This document shows positions 59,223 through 64,000 of a stretch of DNA of 64,000 nucleotides, piece after piece. Where the stretch lies: the NCBI GenBank assembly GCA_048885535.1, contig JBHLLO010000010.1, positions 1 through 64,000 on the forward strand, written 5' to 3'. Each line of letters begins with the position of its first letter. Position 1 is the stretch's first letter. The position numbers and the translations under genes were made by a program. This stretch comes from Candidatus Hermodarchaeota archaeon (lineage in GTDB: Archaea; Asgardarchaeota; Lokiarchaeia; Sigyniarchaeales; SOKP01). A model generated the notes under the pieces. It was not told the origin of the DNA, searched no databases, and saw nothing but the letters and a program-made list of their open reading frames with translations.

Positions 59223-60299
59223 GTGTTATTTCGAATTTCTAATTCGTCCGTAAATGAAGAAAAAAAGCAAGAAAATATTGAAAAAAGCCTTGAAGTAGAC
59301 CCAGATCGATTAATCCTTAACTGGAAATATAAGGATGTTAAGAAAGAACTTACTTATGACATAAAAAAATGTATAGGTTGTAGTTTATGTAAATTAGTTT
59401 GTCCAGTAGACGCGATCGAGCTGGGACCAATCCCTGAAATTGCTCAAAACATATTAGATGATTCTAATCCAAAACTCTTTATAGATCATAATAAATGTTG
59501 TTATTGCATGTTATGTGTGATTGTATGTCCCACTGATGCATTTCATGAAAATATTGAACCAGAAGGGCAAATTTCATTAAAAGAATTTCCCACAATTGGT
59601 AAATTTTATAAAATTGATATAGATAAGTGTATTGAAGACAAAAAAAATAAAGTTTGTGAACTCTGCTTAAGTGTTCGTGAAAGGAATGCTATACAAGAAT
59701 ATTTTAGGATAGAGAAAGAATGTCCAACTCATTGCTTTCGTATAAAATCTCCTATTCAAGGAGATGTAATTATTAAAAAAAATATGTTACATAAATGTGA
59801 TCCTCAAGGATGTAAAGCTTGCATTAATATTTGTCCAACTGAATCTTTTTTCATCCCCGAAAAAGCTGAAGATGTACTAAAATACGGGAAAATAGCTTGC
59901 GATGAAAAAGAATGCTTTTATTGTGGAGCATGTGTAAATTCTTGTCCTGATGATTTGATAATTGTAAATAGAAAAGAAATAGAGATAAAAGATCCAAAAA
60001 AGAAAGGAAATTACCCTTGGATTCAAGGATGGATTAAAAATATCAAAGAAATATTAAGAAAAAAGTTAATTGAAGGAAAACAGCAGATCGAAATACCTTT
60101 AATTGAACAAGAAATTAAGGAAGTAAAAGATAGAGTCGAAGAGACAATTCCACAATTATCAAAAGAAGATAAAGAACGATTATCTGAATTAAATGAGAAA
60201 ATTCAAAATTTATTGAAATCATCTAAAATAAGATATTGGATTAAAGATAAAAAATCTGAAAAAATTTCGAAAGAATTAAAAAAAATCCTAAATCAATAA
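59223..60299 (+). CDS. Polyferredoxin (FwdF-like)
   Basis: Several CxxCxxCxxxCP motifs. Confidence 0.85.
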   Translation: MLFRISNSSVNEEKKQENIEKSLEVDPDRLILNWKYKDVKKELTYDIKKCIGCSLCKLVCPVDAIELGPIPEIAQNILDDSNPKLFIDHNKCCYCMLCVIVCPTDAFHENIEPEGQISLKEFPTIGKFYKIDIDKCIEDKKNKVCELCLSVRERNAIQEYFRIEKECPTHCFRIKSPIQGDVIIKKNMLHKCDPQGCKACINICPTESFFIPEKAEDVLKYGKIACDEKECFYCGACVNSCPDDLIIVNRKEIEIKDPKKKGNYPWIQGWIKNIKEILRKKLIEGKQQIEIPLIEQEIKEVKDRVEETIPQLSKEDKERLSELNEKIQNLLKSSKIRYWIKDKKSEKISKELKKILNQ

Positions 60300-60322
60300 A
60301 TTTATCCTTTCAAACTATATGG

Positions 60323-60880
60323 ATGTTATATATGACATTTGATTTCTTTATAAATTGGCCTTCTCCTAAAATAACAAAAATATTGCTGATTTTTAGCATT
60401 ATATTATTACTTGTTGTATACCCCATTTTAATGTACCTTTTTGCAATTTCTAATTATCCTGTAAGCTTTTTTGAAAGCCAACTATCATTTAGTGGAGGGA
60501 TAATCAAATCACATTATGCAACGATGACTTTTATTGAGATAAATCTATACATTGTTGCAAATATACTAGATTATGGATTTATGTTATCCTATGGATTATT
60601 AATTTTCTCTCTTGCACTTATTTTAAGCAGAAAATTCGAACCAAATACTTTATGGAGAAAAATAGGATTTACAATAGCAGTTTTTGGAATTCTCGCAGCA
60701 TTTTGTGATGGAATTGAAAATATATTCATTCTTTTAATGGCAAATGACCCAATAGGATTTCCTGATATGTGGGCAGTAAGTCATTCTTTTTTTGCTTTGA
60801 TTAAGTACATTTTAATGCTAATAGCAATCAGCTGGTTGATCATAGCAGGAGTCGTTAGAATAATTAGGAAAAAAAAATAA
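60323..60880 (+). CDS. Hypothetical 4-TM membrane protein
   Basis: Hydrophobic segments with polar LDYGF and CDGIEN motifs. Confidence 0.7.
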   Translation: MLYMTFDFFINWPSPKITKILLIFSIILLLVVYPILMYLFAISNYPVSFFESQLSFSGGIIKSHYATMTFIEINLYIVANILDYGFMLSYGLLIFSLALILSRKFEPNTLWRKIGFTIAVFGILAAFCDGIENIFILLMANDPIGFPDMWAVSHSFFALIKYILMLIAISWLIIAGVVRIIRKKK

Positions 60881-60958
60881 CACTTTAATCCTCCTTAGAA
60901 TTGTTTTTGCTGTTATAATTTAAATTATACGATGATAATTAGAACCAGATTATTACAC

Positions 60959-61720
60959 TTAGGATAAAAATAATCGTTTTGAAATCAGTAGTGAAATTAT
61001 ACTAGGAATAAACATTAGTGGTAAAATGATAACAAATAAATTGAGTGATATTGCTATGTCAGGATTTAGTGTAAATATAATAAAAATTAAAGGCAGGAAT
61101 AACCAGAAGATAAATAATCTCCATTTAGGCTTTAATCTTATTATTGGTTTAAATAATGAATTAAAATTGAAGGAAATCAAGAAATAACAAACAACTAAAG
61201 CAATAAAGCCAGGAATTAAAAAGACCCAATTTGAAATGCCAGTATAAATTGTTATTAGCCTAATATCACCAAAATTTAAAAAGCTCCCGATCAAAAGGTA
61301 TCCTGTCGAATTCATAAATGCCCAAAATCCATACCAGAATAAAACATGAAGTAAAACGAACATTATACTTGATTTTATTGCTCTTTTTCTTACGATATAG
61401 TATATAGCAATATGACAAGAAACTGCAGCTATAAGGCAAGTAAGAATCCCGCCACCTGCCATTAACGCCCTAGCAATATTGCTTGCTCCTATAGGAAATG
61501 ACACGATAGCATATCCAAACTCTAGCGGCCAAATCCAAGACACATAATAACTTATCGGCTGACCTCCTACCAAAAAGCCTATTCCAAGGTGACCCAAAAA
61601 TTCATGAGTCCATTCTGAAATAAATTTCATTAAAAAGGAAATTAGAACAGCACTAATAAAGCAAAATATTAATTTTCTCGATTTTGTTTTAAACAATGCT
61701 TCAACAGATGTCATCTTCAT
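60959..61720 (-). CDS. M50-like intramembrane metallopeptidase
   Basis: HEFLGH in a TM segment, AGGG, distal GD; polytopic. Confidence 0.65.
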   Translation of the reverse strand: MKMTSVEALFKTKSRKLIFCFISAVLISFLMKFISEWTHEFLGHLGIGFLVGGQPISYYVSWIWPLEFGYAIVSFPIGASNIARALMAGGGILTCLIAAVSCHIAIYYIVRKRAIKSSIMFVLLHVLFWYGFWAFMNSTGYLLIGSFLNFGDIRLITIYTGISNWVFLIPGFIALVVCYFLISFNFNSLFKPIIRLKPKWRLFIFWLFLPLIFIIFTLNPDIAISLNLFVIILPLMFIPSIISLLISKRLFLS

Positions 61721-61988
61721 TTATTATAAATAACTAAGATAAATATAAAAATATTAAATACATTCTTACTGGATTACAATTCTCTTAAGAGTAAAATATT
61801 ATCTGTTTATATATTTATCACTATTAAGCTGTCTTACATTAAGATTCTAGATGTATTTAGAAAGTAGGATAATGAAATGCTCTTTAAATGAAAATAAAGA
61901 TTTTCCTTAAAATTATTTCTGTTTTTATAATCAAAATTAAATTAATATCATAATAGGTTAAATTAAAATCAATAAGTGCTTTCTCAAA

Positions 61989-62276
61989 ATGATTCTAAAG
62001 TTAAAGATCAAGGACGACAGAAAATCTAAAAGCAAAAAGATTTATGTATGGATACAAAGACATAACAGCTTTAATCAAGATATTCTGCAAATATTACAAT
62101 TTTTTAAAGATCAAATCTTAGTATCAAAAAAAAGAAAAATTTTACCTTATTATAGAATAACTTCTGATAACCCTGCAATGGTCCTATCCTTATTTTCAAC
62201 AGTACAAGATTTAATCCCTGAAATCTACTTTAAAGAAGAAAGTTCAGTTGAAATAGAAGAAACTGTAAATCCATAA
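61989..62276 (+). CDS. Hypothetical protein
   Basis: 95-aa ORF; no motif recognised. Confidence 0.6.
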   Translation: MILKLKIKDDRKSKSKKIYVWIQRHNSFNQDILQILQFFKDQILVSKKRKILPYYRITSDNPAMVLSLFSTVQDLIPEIYFKEESSVEIEETVNP

Positions 62277-62308
62277 TTCCTAATTCTTTAAAGAAAAAGA
62301 ATTAGTAA

Positions 62309-62419
62309 TCAAATAATTAATATAATAATCGGAATAGAAATTATTAACGCAAATAATACCATTATTATTGTGATTGCGTTATCCCGAAATATATTTGGTT
62401 TACCACTTTGTTTTGACAT
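62309..62419 (-). CDS. 36-aa single-TM microprotein (not in the ORF track)
   Basis: MSKQSGKPNIFRDNAITIIMVLFALIISIPIIILII with SD-like AGGTGG upstream. Confidence 0.6.
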   Translation of the reverse strand: MSKQSGKPNIFRDNAITIIMVLFALIISIPIIILII

Positions 62420-62640
62420 GATACTACCACCTAAAAACTATATAATAATTCATGTTTATTAGTTTATTCATTAATACAATTCTAGATTTTTATTTATAAA
62501 GATGTAATATCTGTATATTAAAAAAGAAAATTTATAACCTCTTTTACAGTTTAAATGTATAAAATCTTATAATGATTCATTAAAGATTCAATTCTTTCTT
62601 TAAAGTTTTACTCTTTTGAATATTTTCGAATAATATTCAA

Positions 62641-62746
62641 TGGGAGAGGGGGGATTCGAACCCCCGGCCCCTAGGTTTTTTGCCTTCGTACAAAAAGCTT
62701 ACGCAAGACCCAAACCTAGAATCATACCAAGCTAGACCACCCTCCC
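62641..62746 (-). tRNA. tRNA-Pro(TGG) with 32-nt intron at 37/38 (62677..62708)
   Basis: Acceptor GGGAGGG/CTCTCCC+A, anticodon stem CTAGG/CCTAG, T arm GGGGG-TTCGAAT-CCCCC, BHB with TTTG/CAAA central helix; CCA not encoded. Confidence 0.95.
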
Positions 62747-62937
62747 TTGAGAATAGGTTCTAAAAATTAAAAACAATTTTTAACCCTTCTCTTACTTAGG
62801 AGATAAATTAAGAATTAATCATTCATTAATTGGTATAGATAAGAAAAATTAATTAAATAAAAAAATTTTTCCGTTAAATACTGAGATTTGTATTCGACAA
62901 GAAATAATTCAATTCTATAATCAATAATTTATTTGAT

Positions 62938-63489
62938 ATGAAAAAGAAAATTTTACTTCTCAAAATTGGTCAAATCAGTGAAGTAATTGTATTAAAATTG
63001 AAGAAAAATTTAGAATGGATCTTTAAAAAATTTAATATCGAAATTGAACTAATATCTAAAGAGGTCGATTTGAAAGAGTCTTTTTATCATTCCCAGAGGA
63101 GGCAGTATAATGCAGATAAAATTATGGTGGAAATGGACCAGTTTCTATGCAATTATAATTTTTTTCGCGCCTTAGGAGTAATTAATGAAGATATTTATTC
63201 AAGATTTTACAAATTCATATTTGGATGCGTAAGTGGATTAGAATCAAATATTGCTTTAATTTCAGTAATCCGATTAAATGAAAACTTCTATAATAGAACT
63301 GAAAATCCTCCTCTTTTTGAGAAGAGAATTTTAAGAGAAGCAATTCATGAGCTTGGTCATACTTTTGGGTTAAAACACTGTGAAAATTATTGTGTAATGC
63401 AATTTTCCAATAGTTTAGCAGAAGCAGATGACAAGCCAATAAAGTTTTGTGAGGATTGTAGCAAAAAATTAGAGATTTTTTTTGCTTAA
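62938..63489 (+). CDS. amzA: Archaemetzincin (peptidase M54)
   Basis: RRQYNA, FIFG, HELGHTFGLKHC, CVMQFSNS, FCEDC. Confidence 0.93.
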   Translation: MKKKILLLKIGQISEVIVLKLKKNLEWIFKKFNIEIELISKEVDLKESFYHSQRRQYNADKIMVEMDQFLCNYNFFRALGVINEDIYSRFYKFIFGCVSGLESNIALISVIRLNENFYNRTENPPLFEKRILREAIHELGHTFGLKHCENYCVMQFSNSLAEADDKPIKFCEDCSKKLEIFFA

Positions 63490-63499
63490 GATAAAAATG

Positions 63500-64000
63500 T
63501 CATCCATATCTATTTTTGAATTTAAAAAATAAGGATTCGCTAATTTTCATGATCTCTTTATTGTTTTTGACTAGTTTTAACAATTCATAAGGGATAGTTT
63601 TTAAGCCAAAATAAGCTCCAGCTAAACTACCTCCTATGGCGCCGACAGTATCACTATCTCCTCCTGCTGTTGCTAACTCATAGATACACTCCTCAAATGA
63701 TTCTAAATTCTTTAAAAATATAAAAATCGCACATGCAACTGTACTTAAAGTATACGGGTGGACAAATGCTTTTCCGAGGTATTCTTCGATAAAATAAGGA
63801 GATTTGACTCCAATTTGGGAAAGTTTAATCAATCCTGCTTCAATTGAAATATTTAGGTTTTGTTTTACTTTAGTTAGGATTTCGATGAATTCTTCCCATA
63901 TTTTATCTTGAGATTTTGAAATCGAAGAAATAATTACTTCAAAAAATTCATTAATAGAAAATCCCTTACTAGGAGTGTTTTCTACTAAATATGATATTGC
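63500..64000 (-). CDS. ADP-ribosylglycohydrolase family protein (5' part outside the window)
   Basis: GGDSDTVGAIGGSLAGA; reading frame open to the window edge. Confidence 0.85.
   Translation of the reverse strand, partial: AISYLVENTPSKGFSINEFFEVIISSISKSQDKIWEEFIEILTKVKQNLNISIEAGLIKLSQIGVKSPYFIEEYLGKAFVHPYTLSTVACAIFIFLKNLESFEECIYELATAGGDSDTVGAIGGSLAGAYFGLKTIPYELLKLVKNNKEIMKISESLFFKFKNRYG

Noticed and set aside
1-64000. CRISPR arrays, IS elements, integrases, rRNA
   Set aside because: No spaced repeats, transposase or integrase motifs, or extended GC-rich structural RNA seen; no duplicated tRNA 3' end noticed

Overview
AT-rich, gene-dense archaeal chromosomal segment, most consistent with an Asgard archaeon (Lokiarchaeia-like; inferred from archaeal informational genes plus a RagA-like GTPase-roadblock protein). 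It contains housekeeping genes (rpo3-L18e-L13-S9, trpS, trmI, thermosome, glyA, aroA/aroC, GTP-PEPCK, msrB) and an intron-containing tRNA-Pro(TGG). A one-carbon/energy cluster has a tandem HdrA-HdrA-MvhD fusion, HdrC, HdrB, MetV, MetF and Lrp, with a second MetVF pair, a core methionine synthase and a polyferredoxin elsewhere in the window. Also present are an Hsp20-Cdc48-ArsR-zincin protein quality-control operon, a tandemly duplicated DppC permease with a 282-bp identical tract, an orphan adenine methyltransferase, a stand-alone LuxE-like protein and many hypotheticals. No CRISPR array, rRNA or mobile element was seen. Best candidates for new biology: (i) a circularly permuted ATP-grasp ligase next to an acidic Cys4 protein, a Zn-finger microprotein and Clp1; (ii) the Hdr-MvhD-MetVF module with two unequal flavin domains; (iii) an MglA-type GTPase with a natural Q-to-L switch-II change fused to a winged helix. 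All calls come from motif recognition by eye; no database searches were run.
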